This document shows, piece by piece, positions 1 through 12,257 of a stretch of 64,000 nt of DNA (within the stretch, counting starts at the first letter, position 1; the number at the start of each line of letters is the position of its first letter). The DNA lies in NCBI RefSeq assembly GCF_009914755.1, contig NC_060947.1; one strand, 5' to 3'. This DNA comes from the human T2T-CHM13v2.0 reference genome, Homo sapiens. The translations under genes and the position numbers were made by a program. The notes beneath the pieces are model-generated. The model did not search any database. It was not told where the DNA came from and was given only the letters and a program-made list of their open reading frames with translations.

Positions 1-39
1 ACATGAATTTTGGAGGGGACAAACATTTAAATCATAGTA
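1..39 (-). mobile_element. 5' terminus of a MaLR LTR (MST/MLT1A-like), cut by the window edge
   Basis: Reverse complement reads tactatgatttaaatgtttgtcccctccaaaattcatgt, resembling the MST/MLT1A LTR start (tgctatggtttgaatgtttgtcccc...). Confidence 0.6.
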
Positions 40-1441
40 CCCCTTAAAAATGAATTTAGTAAACAACATCTTTATGCAGAGTAATGACTGTACTTGACAC
101 TAAACGGGGAGAGGATACGGACAGTTTGGCTATGGGGTGCTCTGCCTAGTTTCCAGGCAACAGACTGCCCCTGGTGCCAAATCCCAGAATCCCAGCAGCT
201 CCAGGGAATAAAAATGGTATGATTAGCTGCAGAAAAGCTTAATTTTATTACTGGAGAAGTAACTCAAACTGCACATAATAGGTCAAGAGGAGTATTTAGG
301 TAACAAAGAATACTGATGATGATGTTGATAATGGTGGTGGTGTTGGTGATGATGATGATTTTAAATCATTTAGATTTTAGATCAGGATAATATTATTTGA
401 AATGATTTTTTCTCCTAGTAGTCCACTCCGTACCCCAATGACCACCACTCCCTTCCCAATTCCATCAGTTCCACAATTTTGTGTTCATTGCCTCGGGGAG
501 GGATATGACTGAACAAAAGCAGAAATAAAAGAGTTGATCAGTTTGGGTGTCCAAAAAATTAAGTTCTGAGGGCACTAGAGAGGACAGAGAGTAAAGTGAA
601 TGTGTTTATTGAGGAGGATAGGAGAAAAAGAGAAATTTTGAGACTATAGGCATAACTGGAACCCAGCAAGAGGGTCTTTGCAAATTGCCTCCTGGCAAAA
701 GCCTTGGGGAATGAAGAAGGAAATAAATTTCTGTGCCTGCTTATGGCCAGGAAGGTGCAGAATGACTTCCAAGTCCTCAGATGAAGCATGGAAGTATCAA
801 AGAGAGCCATTAGAGCTGAAGGGGACAGGTGGAGGGATATCAAAGCTGCAACTTACCTAGTAGATGACATTAAGGATCAGATGGCTCACCAGTGCATACA
901 ACCCTAGGGAAAGGAGAGATCCTTGCATAGAATGATATTGAGTTTGGCCATCCTATGGGTTTAGGAACCCAAGCAGAAGTTGAACTATAAAAACCTAAAT
1001 TTGTGGACTGAGACTTAAACCAGCCTCTTCAATATGTAAAAGAAGACTATGTCCTGAAGTAAGGAACCTTTCATGGTTTCCTTAAATTTAGCTGAAAGTT
1101 GCTTTTGGAGGGGATGTTATTAAATGGTGCCAACTCCAAAAAATGGTATCACACAGTTGGTTAGGAAAACAGAGGGCCTCAAATGGTACCTCACAGGTGC
1201 ACATAATATCAACTTCTAACTGCAGGTAAAAATTAGTCTCAAAAAAAAATTAGACAGCAATTAAATGAGGATCATGATGCCTGTGGATGGCACAATTTTC
1301 CCCAGGAGAAGCTATCTGTCAAAATTTAGCTATATATATGGAGGTGACATCATATACTTACACAGTGTAACTCATTTTCTTGTCAAACATTTGATCTTAG
1401 ACACACGGTAGTATTTAACTTACATTTCTAGACACACAGAA

Positions 1442-1446
1442 GCGCG

Positions 1447-1499
<53 letters not shown>
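1442..1499. repeat. Compound (GC)7(AC)21 microsatellite
   Basis: Directly visible uninterrupted alternating purine-pyrimidine tract. Confidence 0.97.
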
Positions 1500-1986
1500 C
1501 ATAATGCTTAAAATGAAAGCCTCCAGGTGAATACAAATGTTCTCTCCTCCACTTCTTAGCTTAGGTAGTCGCAGATATGCTTTTAAACTGTTAACTGGAA
1601 TATTAACCACATATGACTTTAGATTACATGTTTGTCTAAGACTTCCTCACCTAACTCTTCAAAGGGACTGCCTGCTGCCATCACTCTCCCACCTCACACC
1701 TGCCTCTAAGCTTTCTTGAGTTTTCTGTCACTTCCAGCTCAGAAGTGATTCAAGGTTCACCTCCTCTGAGTCCTCCCCAATTTCTAATTTATACTTTACA
1801 TTTCCTTATTTCTGATTCCCAGCCACTTTGCTATTCTTTTTCCACTGTCAATTTGTCAATCTTCCCCCCACTAAACTACCAGCACTAGGCATTGTGTGGT
1901 TCATAAGTTTCCTTCATTGGTTTCATATATATATATATGAAATATATAGATGTAATTTTTTCCTAACTTATAAGGTTTAATCTAAG

Positions 1987-2225
1987 GAGGTAGCATAGTA
2001 TAATGACAATGACAAAATGCACTGGACTTGAAGTGTTTACACTCCAAAATCTTAAGTTTGAGTCTCTTTCCGCCACTTACTAGCTGGGTGCATTTTGCAG
2101 CTTTGGTGTATCAATGAGGTAAAGGATTCAGGAGAGAAACGGGCTTTAAGTACTAGGTGCATTTTGCAGCTCTCAAGTTTTAGTTTCCTCATTAATAGAT
2201 TTGAGGGCTGATTTAGATAAAGGTA
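1987..2225 (+). mobile_element. MIR/MIR3 SINE remnant interrupted by a small insert
   Basis: MIR core ccacttactagctg...agtttcctcat, preceded by a tRNA-like head ggtagcatagtataatg. Confidence 0.65.
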
Positions 2226-3694
2226 CTGCACACTGGAGACTGTATAGTGAACTGGGCATTCTAATATGCTTTGTTTGGTCTGGACAGTGTTCAAATATTT
2301 TTAATGATTTTAGATGGAGAATACATGCTCTGCTTCTCCAAAGTCCCACTCCCTAATGCCTTCCACTCACAAGCTACACCTACGGGCATTTGTGTTTAGA
2401 GCCACAAGATTAGGTGCTTTGTAAGTAACACTCTTGCATCTCCAGTGGCACTTTATATCTTTTACATTTTTTGCTCTTCCAACAGATACCTCCCACTCCA
2501 CATCTCCCGGCCACAGTAACATTTCAGTAAAGCAAATTCTCTGTGTCCTGCACTGTGGTTTGAACAATAAAGGTTAAGAAATTGAAGAAGATAAAGTCTA
2601 AACAAGAAGAAATAAAGATTCATTGAAACAGCTAGGACTCAAATTTGGTTTTAACAGGCAATATTTGGGACTTCAGATGTCTGTCTGGTCATGATGCACA
2701 AAGAACGTGCCCCATCCACATTTGATCCACAACCCTCTTCATCCTCTTGCCTCTCCCAGACGCCCAGTCACTCTACAAGATGCAGGCCATCCCAGGATAC
2801 CCTCTACTATTCCAGCAGTCTCTGGCCATCTGAGGCTGGAAACAACAAAGAGTACCACCCAGGTTTCAATCCCTTCAAAGAAAAAGGCTTTAAAATGTTC
2901 ATAAAAGCAGCTCAGCAGGCTTCTTGGATATCAAATCTCTTACAAAACAACATTTTGATGTGTTAAATGTAAATCAATTGGAAGCACATGCATTCAATAG
3001 GGCCTGAAATGTGCCTAGGCTTAAAAATAAAGGAAAACATCTCAGTGCAGCGTCTGGGGACATTTGGCAGCTGCAAAATTTTGGAGGGTAAAATGGTTTT
3101 TGATATTCCATAGAAACTCAACTATGATGAGGCATCTGGACCCTACCTGCTCCCATCCCTTTTCTGCCTTCTCAATCTAGCTCAATCCAACTATAATACC
3201 AAGACATTAACCAGTAATAAAATGGAGATTGCTATTATCTTATTCCACTCAAGAACATCATGTACCAAATGACCACCTGTGGGCTCTAGATGAAAGTATC
3301 TATGTCCTTGGAGAAAACTAAAATCCACTGTTGGAGGCTCGCACCCAATTTTCAGGCTGCCTCGTATCTGATGGTAGACTCTACAGTAGAGCTGGGAAGA
3401 TGTGATTCTCTTCCATAGCAAGTTTCTAATTTGGTGGGAATGAAATCCCTGCTTTCAGGGAAATCCCTACCCAGACAGTAAGACAGAAGTAACATCCAGA
3501 GCATATTCAATAGGAAGGTCACAAGAATTAAGCTCCTAACATTGGTATTGACAAATAAAACATAACCACTATTTAGACTGTCCCTAGATTCATATATTTT
3601 TGCTACTTAGAACAACATATTTCACGGGTGCTAATAATAAGATAGTAACAATACTATTACTCCAACCAATAAGAATAATATCTTCCATTTATCA

Positions 3695-3835
3695 GTGCTC
3701 TTGGGTTAACAGGAACTGAACAAGACATTTTATATCCATTTATATATATTTTTTTATTTAATCTACCCAACAACCCTGCAAGGTAGGTATTAATAGTCCC
3801 ATTGGGAAGATATGGAAGATGAATCTCTGATAACA
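3695..3835 (-). mobile_element. MIR remnant
   Basis: ttatttaatctacccaacaaccctgcaaggtaggtattaatagtcccatt matches the antisense MIR core. Confidence 0.65.
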
Positions 3836-4849
3836 GGACTATATGCAGTCTATAAACATTTAGATGCTTTCTGGCCATGCATGCTTCTGTCTAATGCTGT
3901 ACTTTTCTTCTCTTCCTCCTCGACACCATTAAATAAAGACTATGTTCTTCCCCTATACTGTATTCCCTTGCTGATAAAAACTCATGTTTCTTACTCAGCA
4001 GAAAACCAAGCACTGGACTGTGAACACCATGGGTGTACAACCCATATTGGTAACTAAATGACTGACTTTGTTATTCAGGTTTGATTCTGTTAGAGCCACA
4101 CTTAAGCAGCAATACTGGTGCCTAGGTGTCTTATGGAGTTTTGCATGAACCAGTGCTCTTAGGTTTTATGTGCATGCCTCCTATTCACAGCACTGAGTCA
4201 AGAGTCCATGGTGGTCTTGGCTAGGAGACAAATCTGAGAGACAGACAACCATGTTGTACAGTGATTGTTCCCCTCTACTCTGATGATGAGGGCTTTCTCG
4301 CAGGGTCAGGCTCATCACTCCTGATTGGCTCCTTCTTTTTCAGGGAAGTCTTTCCTGAGGAGGTTCCTGAGGCTTACATGTTCCACCAGTTCATTGTGTC
4401 CAGTGAACCTTAATCCCAGTTTATGCTCAAGTTGGGTGGGACTGATGGATGGTTTCTGTGTGTAGAAATGTTATGGACCCAACCACAGCACTGTAAGCTA
4501 GAGAGCAAGTTCAGAACTGGGAGACCAAGTCAGGCTGTGGCAACTTGCCAGTCTATAGGTACAACCATGGCCAAACCTAGCAAATTCTGGCTTAACAAAG
4601 CTAAAAGAAAGATTCAAGTCCACAGTCAGAGGCTGAAGCCAAGGTCTTATCTTGGTAGAAAGTGTCACCAGAGGTTCTTGACCGTCTCAACCCAGAGAAT
4701 GATTATTGAACCAATGAAACTTGAAAACTCCATAAAAGACAGCGATTTTCAAAAATTTCAATCCATATCACTCTTTATTCATATGAATTCTTTCAAAGAA
4801 ACTCAGTATTCCTAACAAAATTGAGAAGATGGTTGGCATACTGCTTATT

Positions 4850-5105
4850 GAGTACAGGCTCTCATGCTGGGCAGCCCTGGGTTCAAATCCCACCTCCACT
4901 TACCCAACCTGTGTGACCTTGGACAAGTTTCTTTGTTTCTCCATGCCTCAGTTTTTGTTTTTGTTTTTGTTTTTGTTTTGCCATCTGTAAAATGGGGGTA
5001 ATAACAGTACCTACCTCTTGGTACTGTTGCAAATGATTGAATAAATGAATACATGGGAAGTTTATGCAACAGTACCTGGTAAATGCTCAATAAATGTTGG
5101 ATTAT
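4850..5105 (+). mobile_element. MIR SINE with an internal (GTTTTT)n expansion at ~4951-4980
   Basis: cctgggttcaaatccc...tgtgtgaccttggacaagtt...cctcagttt...catctgtaaaatggggg...gctcaataaatgtt. Confidence 0.9.
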
Positions 5106-5394
5106 CGTTTCAGTAGATGAACTCTGAGTGGCTTTGATTGAAGAAGATGTGGGGTAGGCACCCCAAGGCCCACCCCGTCACTTGGCACTCTTTGGAAATC
5201 ATTGCTCTGGTACAATATTCCACCCACTCCAAGAATCTCCTCTACAATATCTATACACTGCTTAACACTGCCTGTGATAGAGACCCTGTTACCAGCTCTA
5301 ATTATTCCAAACATCAAAGTCTTCTCTTATATTGACTCAAAATGTACTACACAGTGGAGTGGGAGATGCCACTAATTCAAGAAGCAAAACAGAA

Positions 5395-6000
5395 ACAGTA
5401 CAGCACACAAAAACAGTTGTCCTTTAGTCAGACAGACATAGACTCTTATCTCTGCAACTTCTTAGTTGTGTAATCTTGGAGAAGTTACTTAACCTCTCTG
5501 AGCAGGTTTTCTCTCATCTGAAAAACAGGGATAATAATCTAAGATATAAGGTTGCTGCTATGGACTGAACTGTGTGCCCCAAAAAATTAATATGTTGAAA
5601 ACTTAATCCTCAGTTTCTGTTTCTGGAGATAGAATCTTTAGGAGGTAATTAAGGTAAAGTGAGAGCATAAAGGCAGGGCCCAGTCTGATATAACTGTGGC
5701 CTTATAAAAAGACGAAAACTCTCCCACTTCCCCTTTCCATACACAGGTACCAAGAAAAGGCCATGTGACCATACAGCTAGAAGGCAGCCGTCTGCAAGCC
5801 AGGAAGAGTGCCATCACCAGGAACCAAGTAGGCTGGTACCTTGATCTTGGGCTTCCTAGCCTCCAGAACCGTGAGAAAATAAATTTCAGTTATTTAAGCC
5901 ACCCAGTCAATGGTATTTTGTTATGGCAGCCTGAGCAGACTATTATAGTTGCTATAAGGATTAAATGAGACAATATGTGTTAAGTGCCTGGTACAAAGGC
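5395..6000 (+). mobile_element. MIR split by an MLT1A-type LTR
   Basis: MIR core aagttacttaacctctctgag...catctgaaaaacagggataata resumes after the LTR as taaggattaaatgagacaat...gtgcctggtac. Confidence 0.8.
5556..5947 (+). mobile_element. MLT1A-like solo MaLR LTR
   Basis: Starts tgctatggactgaactgtgtgcccc and has the typical cttcctagcctccagaaccgtgagaaaataaattt 3' part; perfect 5-bp TSD GTTGC at 5551-5555 and 5948-5952. Confidence 0.9.
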
Positions 6001-7020
6001 AGAATTCAAAAAGTCGAATTATTTTTATTCTTAATTCTTTGCTCTGACTTGAATGGTTATGGAGAGCAAATCAAACCCTTCTTCCACATGAATTTGGTCA
6101 GATAATTAAAGACAGATGGCATAGAGGACTCACCACAGAAGTTTGCCAGACGTATCCAGTATTTGTCTCTAAATTTAGACTCATTAAATGTGCCTGTTTC
6201 CATGACTACACTGTAAGCTCCCTGAGGGCAGAAACCTTGTGTTAGTCCTTTCTGTAGTTCAATTGCCTAGAATTCTGTAGATGCTAGGTGTAAACATTGG
6301 GTGGATGTATGAATCAACATACAGCCATAACCTATTAGTGGGCATTTGGAAGTCTCCTGGCCACTTGCTTCTCATATGCAAAAGCTTGAGGATGATTTGC
6401 ATTTATCCTAGGCTCTTTAGCTGACAGCAAGCTTACTGCTCCTCATCCACAGAGAACACTGTGGCACTGAGTGGAAAACACCCAGCAGCAATTGCCAGGA
6501 GCTTTTTGCAACTGAGCTTATGAGCTTCCTACAGGTGGAGGCCCCAAATTTGCAACTTTTCACATTCATTGGGAGACGTAACTTGCTCCTACTCAGAACA
6601 TTTTCTCTGTCAAAAGAGGTAATTACAAACAATGGTAAAAGGACTATACTGGTTCAATGTTAACTTTGCTAGGCAGGCCTTGTCAGATTTATTATCTTAA
6701 TCCATTACTTTGAGTGAAATGACCACAACTGTTTTTCACAGAACCATGTCAGAGCTGATGGGTGCATATTAGAAGTAATTGTACTAAATAATTTTCTAAA
6801 TCTTTTAGAAGAACAGAAGTCCAATGGGACATTTATTTTTGCATATGTGTAGTTAAATTACTCTTCTTGGTGTGAAGTAGAGTTAGGTTTGGAATGGTAG
6901 GCAATGAAGTTGTAGCCAAATGGGCTTAGTAATATAACACGAATCCTTTAATAATAGAACTTGTTACTAAAAAGCAGACATTTCACAGCATCTCAGGAAA
7001 ATTCCCCCAGAATACAAGAG

Positions 7021-7103
7021 GCAGAAGGGAAGGAAGGAGGCAGAAGAAGAAGGAGAGGGAGAGGGAGAAGCAGAGGAAGGGAAGAAGGACGGAGGGAGAG
7101 AGA
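7021..7103. repeat. GA-rich low-complexity tract
   Basis: Nearly purine-only run gcagaagggaaggaagg...gagggagagagaa. Confidence 0.85.
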
Positions 7104-7304
7104 ATTCACTATCATTAGCACAGCAACAGCAGTTTGATGAGAAGAGCTGTCCATTGCTAGAAGAAATAGGATGGGAATATGAATGTTTTCTCTAACAGTA
7201 AGGAGCTGATTTTCCCAGACTCATTCAAATTCTTCCGCCCAGTTCCCCATATGATCTATGACAAATGTGGAAATATGATGATAAGATAAAAAGCAAGAAA
7301 AATA

Positions 7305-7835
7305 GTTGGCATTTATCAAATCGTTACTATAGACCAAGAACTTTACAAAAGTTAGCTCATTTAATCCTCCCAATATCCTTGTGAAATGTACATTACCATT
7401 TCCAATTTACAGACAGGGAAACTGAAGCTCAGAGAGGTTATGTGAAGGGTCTAAAGCAGCAGTCCCCAACTTTTTGGGTACCAGAAGGCAGTTTTTCCAT
7501 GGACAGCAGTGGGGGAGGGGAGGTGGTTTCAGGATGAAACTGTTCCTCCTCAGATCATCAGGCATTAGTTAGATTCTCATAAGGAGCACACAACCTAGAT
7601 CTCTCGCATGCGCAGTTCACAATAGGGTTTGAGCTCCTGGTCCTACGAGAATCTAATGCCACCGCTGATCTGACAGGAGGCAGAGTTCAGGTGGTAATAC
7701 TCACTGGCCCACAGCTCACCTCCTGCTGCGCAGCCTGGTTCCTAACAGGCCACGGTCTGGACCAGCACAGTTGCAGCCCGGAGGTTGGGAGCCCCCAGGA
7801 TAAGGTCAAACAGCTTAGGAGCAAAGCCCTGATTT
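7305..7835 (-). mobile_element. MIR split by MER1B
   Basis: ctcatttaatcctc...tttacagacagggaaactgaagctcagagaggtta, resuming as aaggtcaaacagc after MER1. Confidence 0.75.
7457..7797 (+). mobile_element. MER1B-like hAT-Charlie non-autonomous DNA transposon
   Basis: Terminal inverted repeats cagcagtccccaac / gttgggagccccca; diagnostic ggatgaaactgttc...cctcagatcatcaggcattagttagattctcataaggagc; degenerate 8-bp TSD (gtctaaag / ggataagg). Confidence 0.9.
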
Positions 7836-10172
7836 GTGCCCACATTTGACAGACTAAAGAGAGGCGCTATATCTATTGCCTCTCACCTCATCTACTGATC
7901 AGGCTGAGGCCAGGAATAGTTTTTGTCTGTCTTCTTCCAATTGTCAGTGATTTTACAAACTCTAAATCATATGTGTTCTTTGCCTTTAAAAAGATACAGC
8001 CTCTTCAGTCTGGAATCTGTTTTTATAAGGCTGGGCCTAAACCTTTGACCATTTCCACTAAATGTGTAGGGGTGTGGACCTGAATGGGTGGGTGGTATGT
8101 GTGAGAGGAAGGGGTGAAAGAGAAAGGGAACATTGCAGGGGAAAGCAAGGCTGTTCAGAGGCTGGCTTGGAAGCGTAGCTTTGTGGCTGCATGTTGCACC
8201 ACACTTCTCCTTCTGCTACACAACCTTCTCTTGTACAGACCCCCAACCCCCCAGGGTCTGCAATAGTGAAAGCAGAGGATGAAATGGCATGGGAGCACCT
8301 GCAGCCTGCTCCACCGGATGGGAGATTGGGATTTAGGGCGCAATCTGAGGCTCCTTGGAGCCTTCCCAGGTAAGAGCCCTCCCTTCCTAAGATAGCTTGT
8401 TCCACTGAAGGGCGCTGGCTCCTCCTGCAGGCCTGTCCTGGGAATTACCGCGGTTTTCGTGTCTGCCTCTGTTCTCATCTGGGATGAAAGATCCACCCTA
8501 GGCAGTCATCCTCACCCTCCCAACTCAAGGCCCCCTCCAGAGGGGAAGAAAGAACCACTGAGGAAAGGGCCTGCCCTGCTCCTGCTCCTGGCCAATTACT
8601 CTGAGCCTAAGCAGCAACCCTGTTGGAGGAAGGTTTGATGAACTATTCATCACACTTCTAAATAATTCATTTCCCTTTGAGGGCAAGCAGCCCACAGGAG
8701 CTGTGAAGTTTTCTTAAGTTGACACCTTTTGAGAGATGAAAAATAAAGCAAAAGCCCCCTTTTAGAGAAATCACAGTTGCTTTATATGCCGTTTCCTGCA
8801 TCTCTCTTCCGATGTTACAGGGCTCTTCTGTTCTGCCCCATTCCTTGGAATTGGTCTCCTATTGTTTTCTTTGCTTTTTGTTGTTCAAACGACTCCACTT
8901 TGTAGGATCTGCTGTGCTGACGCTTCCAGCGTTATTCTTGTCTCTCCTGGCCCTATGGGCTTCCAGTGTATAACAAGCCAACCAAATAGCCTTTAAATTG
9001 AAGGTACAGGAGCGAGAGATGGGCGCAAGCCTTTTTGGGGAATGGTTCGTTGTGTCAAATGAGATGCACCCAGAGCATTTCTGAGAGTTCAAGGTCTCCC
9101 CTTTGTTCTGACTTTGGCTCCCTGACAGGGCTTACTATCTCTACTTGCCATTCTGTAAACATCTTCTTTCCCCTTCCCTGATTTTTAACAAAACCTCCAA
9201 AGAGCTACCCTCTTGGCCAGCTAGGGCCAAACACATTGCATTGTATGAGGCCTCTTTTACTCTATCCCCAGCCACCCATACACCACAGATACATATTTAA
9301 TATGTGAGAAGCAGGCTACAGGGGATTGTGAGGTTGGAAGATCACAGGCTGTGACTAATTATCTTTTCTGATATTAACCCTGCCTCCTCCTGCTCCCCGT
9401 ACAGCTATGGGTCTCTGACTGCACCTCAGCAGCAATGGTGCCCCTCCCCATCTGCCATACTCCAGAGGAGACTAAGCAGAGCATTTCTGAGCAGGACTCT
9501 CATCCCCTCCACCCACATTGACCTTTGCCTAGTATATTCTCATTTATCCTACCTACACATCTTCTGGAAAACAGAATAGGTTCAGAACCAGAGTTAATAA
9601 AAGGATTTAGGGGGAAAAATTAAAAGGACAAATGCCCCTAGATAGTTGGGCTTTCAACCTCACTCTGCTTTGACATAGCATCATACAAGAAAATAAATAC
9701 AATTAGTAATTTCCCTTACTTAACAAGTAGAAGTCCTCATTGATCAAGGGGAATGAGCAAGCAGCTCGAGCTATGCCTCCCTTTAAGCAAACATAATAAG
9801 GAAATGAAGATTTCTAAAATCCTTGTCTTTTGAAGCCAGTTGCCCTATTGCATTTCAGAAATGTTTCAATGTGCATGTATTTGTTGACAAGCTTCTTTTT
9901 TTAAGAATTGCTTTAATTAGCAAAATTGGTTGGTATAAAATTATTTTCACAAAACTAAAGATCTAAAACCACTTTAGAATATAGGGTACAGTGAGGTTTC
10001 CCAGGGCATAGAATGTGGCTTGGGGCATGCTACATGCAGACCTAGAAAGTTCCAGACATTGGAAGTCTACCAGCACCTCAATGCTACAATTACACTTCAG
10101 TTTCAAGATAAAGATAAGATTTTGCAACAGCACAAAGGGATAAACAAAGGTTTAACTAATAAAAACAGTCCC

Positions 10173-10636
10173 TGCAATGGTTAATTTTGTTTCCATCTGA
10201 TTGGGACATGATGTACCCAGATATTTGGTCAAGCATTACTCTGGGTATGTCTGAAAGTGTTTCTGGATGAGACTAACATTGGAATTGGTAGATTAAGTAA
10301 AGCAGATGGCCCTCCCCAATGTGGGTGACCACATCCAATCAGTTGAAAGCCTGACTAGAACAAAAAGGCTGATCCTTCTGTGAGTAAGAGAGGATTCCTC
10401 TTCCTCTTGTCTGACTGCCTTTAATGTGGGACATTAGTTTTGTCCAGCCTTCTGACTTAAGCTGAAACATTATCTCTTCCTAGGTCTCCAGCCTCCTGGC
10501 TTTCAGACTAGAATTTACATCATTGGTTCTCCTGGGTATCCAGCTTGCCAGCTGCAGATCTTGGGGCTTGTTAGCCTCCATAATCACATGAGCTAAATCC
10601 TTATTTTATTTATGTATATATTTATCCTATTGGTTC
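10173..10636 (+). mobile_element. MLT2 (MLT2C/D-like) ERVL LTR, 3'-truncated
   Basis: atggttaatttt...cccagatatttggtcaa...gtttctggatgaga...agtaaagcagat..ccctccccaatgtgggtg; stops at cctattggttc, short of the usual ...ctaataca end. Confidence 0.85.
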
Positions 10637-10654
10637 CCTGGGATAGAAAGGTCC

Positions 10655-10730
10655 CTGGGGAGGCCTCGGGGAGCTTTCAATCATGGCAGGAGGTGAAAGG
10701 GTAGCAGACATGTCACATGGTGAAAGCAGG
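10655..10730 (-). mobile_element. Short MST-type MaLR LTR fragment
   Basis: ctggggaggcctcggggagctttcaatcatggcaggaggtgaaagg...catgtcacatggtgaaagcagg matches the antisense MST LTR. Confidence 0.75.
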
Positions 10731-11526
10731 TGGAAGAGAAGAATGAAACTGGATCCTCATCTCTCACCTTATACAAAATCAACTCAAGATGGATCAAAGA
10801 CTTAAATTTAAGACCTGAAACCATAAAAGTTCTAGAAGATAACATCAGGAAAATTCTTCCAGACATTGGCTTAGGCAAAGAGTTCATGACCAAGAACCCA
10901 AAAGCAAATGCAACAAAAACAAAGATAACTAGATGGGACATAAACTAAAAAACTTCTGCACAGCAAAAGAAACAATCAGCAGAGTAAACAGACAACCCAC
11001 AGAGTGGGAGAAAATTTTTGTAAACTATGCATCTGACAAAGGACTAGTATCCAGAATTTACAAGGAACCCAAACAAATCAGGAAGAAAAAAATAATCTTA
11101 TCAAAAAGTCAGCTAAGGACATACATAAATAGATAATTATCAAAAGAAGATATATAAATGGCCAACAAGCATATGGAAAAATGCACAACATCAATAATTA
11201 TCAGGGAAATGCAAATCAAAACCACAATTCAATAGCATCTTACTCCTGCAAGAATGACCATAATTTAAAAATAAAAAAAAATAGATGCTGGTGTGGATAT
11301 GGTGAAAAGGGAACACTTTTACACTGCTGGTGGGAATGCAAACCAGTATAACCACTATGGAAAACAGTATGGAGATTCCTTAAAGAACTAAAAGTAGAAC
11401 TACCATTTGATCCAGCAATCCCACTACTGGGTATCTACCCAGAGGAAAAGAAGTCGTCATGTGAAAAAGACACTTGCACATGCATGTTTATAGCAGCAAA
11501 ATTCACAATTGCAAAAATATGGAACC

Positions 11527-11814
11527 AGCCCGGCACAGTAGCTCACACCTGTAATCCCAGCACTTTGGGAGGCCAAGGTGGGCAGATCACCTGAGGTCAG
11601 GAGTTCAAGACCAGCCTGACCAACATGGAGAAACCCCACCTCTACTAAAAACACAAAATTAGCCAGGTGTGGTGGCACATGCCTATAATCCCAGCTACTT
11701 GGGAGGCTGAAGCAGGAGAATTGCTTGAAGCCGGGAGGCGGAGGTTGCAGTGAGCTCAGATCGCACTATTGCACTCCAACCTGGGCAACAAGAGTGAAAC
11801 TCCATCTCAAAAAC
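11527..11814 (+). mobile_element. AluS element inserted in L1PB
   Basis: Full dimeric Alu; TSD remnant atatggaacc on both sides (~11517-11526 and ~12008-12017); tail replaced by a TA/TG array. Confidence 0.95.
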
Positions 11815-11980
11815 TATATATATATATATATGTGTGTGTATATATATATATGTGTGTGTATATATATATATGTGTGTATATATATATGTGTGTGTATATA
11901 TATATGTGTGTATATATATATATGTGTGTGTATATATATGTATGTATGTATATATATGTATATATATATGTGTGTGTGTG

Positions 11981-12011
<31 letters not shown>

Positions 12012-12012
12012 G
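11815..12012. repeat. (TA)n/(TG)n compound microsatellite from the Alu tail
   Basis: Directly visible. Confidence 0.97.
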
Positions 12013-12057
12013 GAACCAGCCTAAATGACCATCCACCAATGAGGGAATAAAGGCAAT

Positions 12058-12199
12058 TATACACACACACACATATATATTTATATATATATATAGATTA
12101 TGTATACATATACATATATATACACATATACATGCATATATACACATATACATATATATACACATACATATATATACACATATACATATATATATACAT

Positions 12200-12255
<56 letters not shown>
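12058..12255. repeat. (TA)n/(CA)n compound microsatellite inside L1
   Basis: Directly visible; occupies the L1 'tgtggtatatatacac' position. Confidence 0.97.

Positions 12256-12257
<2 letters not shown>

Noticed and set aside
630-670. Frame reading NFETIGITGT, reminiscent of a CR1/L3 endonuclease IGITET motif
   Set aside because: Too short, with no supporting flanking similarity that I can verify.
1921-1942. Perfect 22-bp palindrome tttc(at)7gaaa
   Set aside because: Mostly a self-complementary AT run; only 4 flanking bp are informative.
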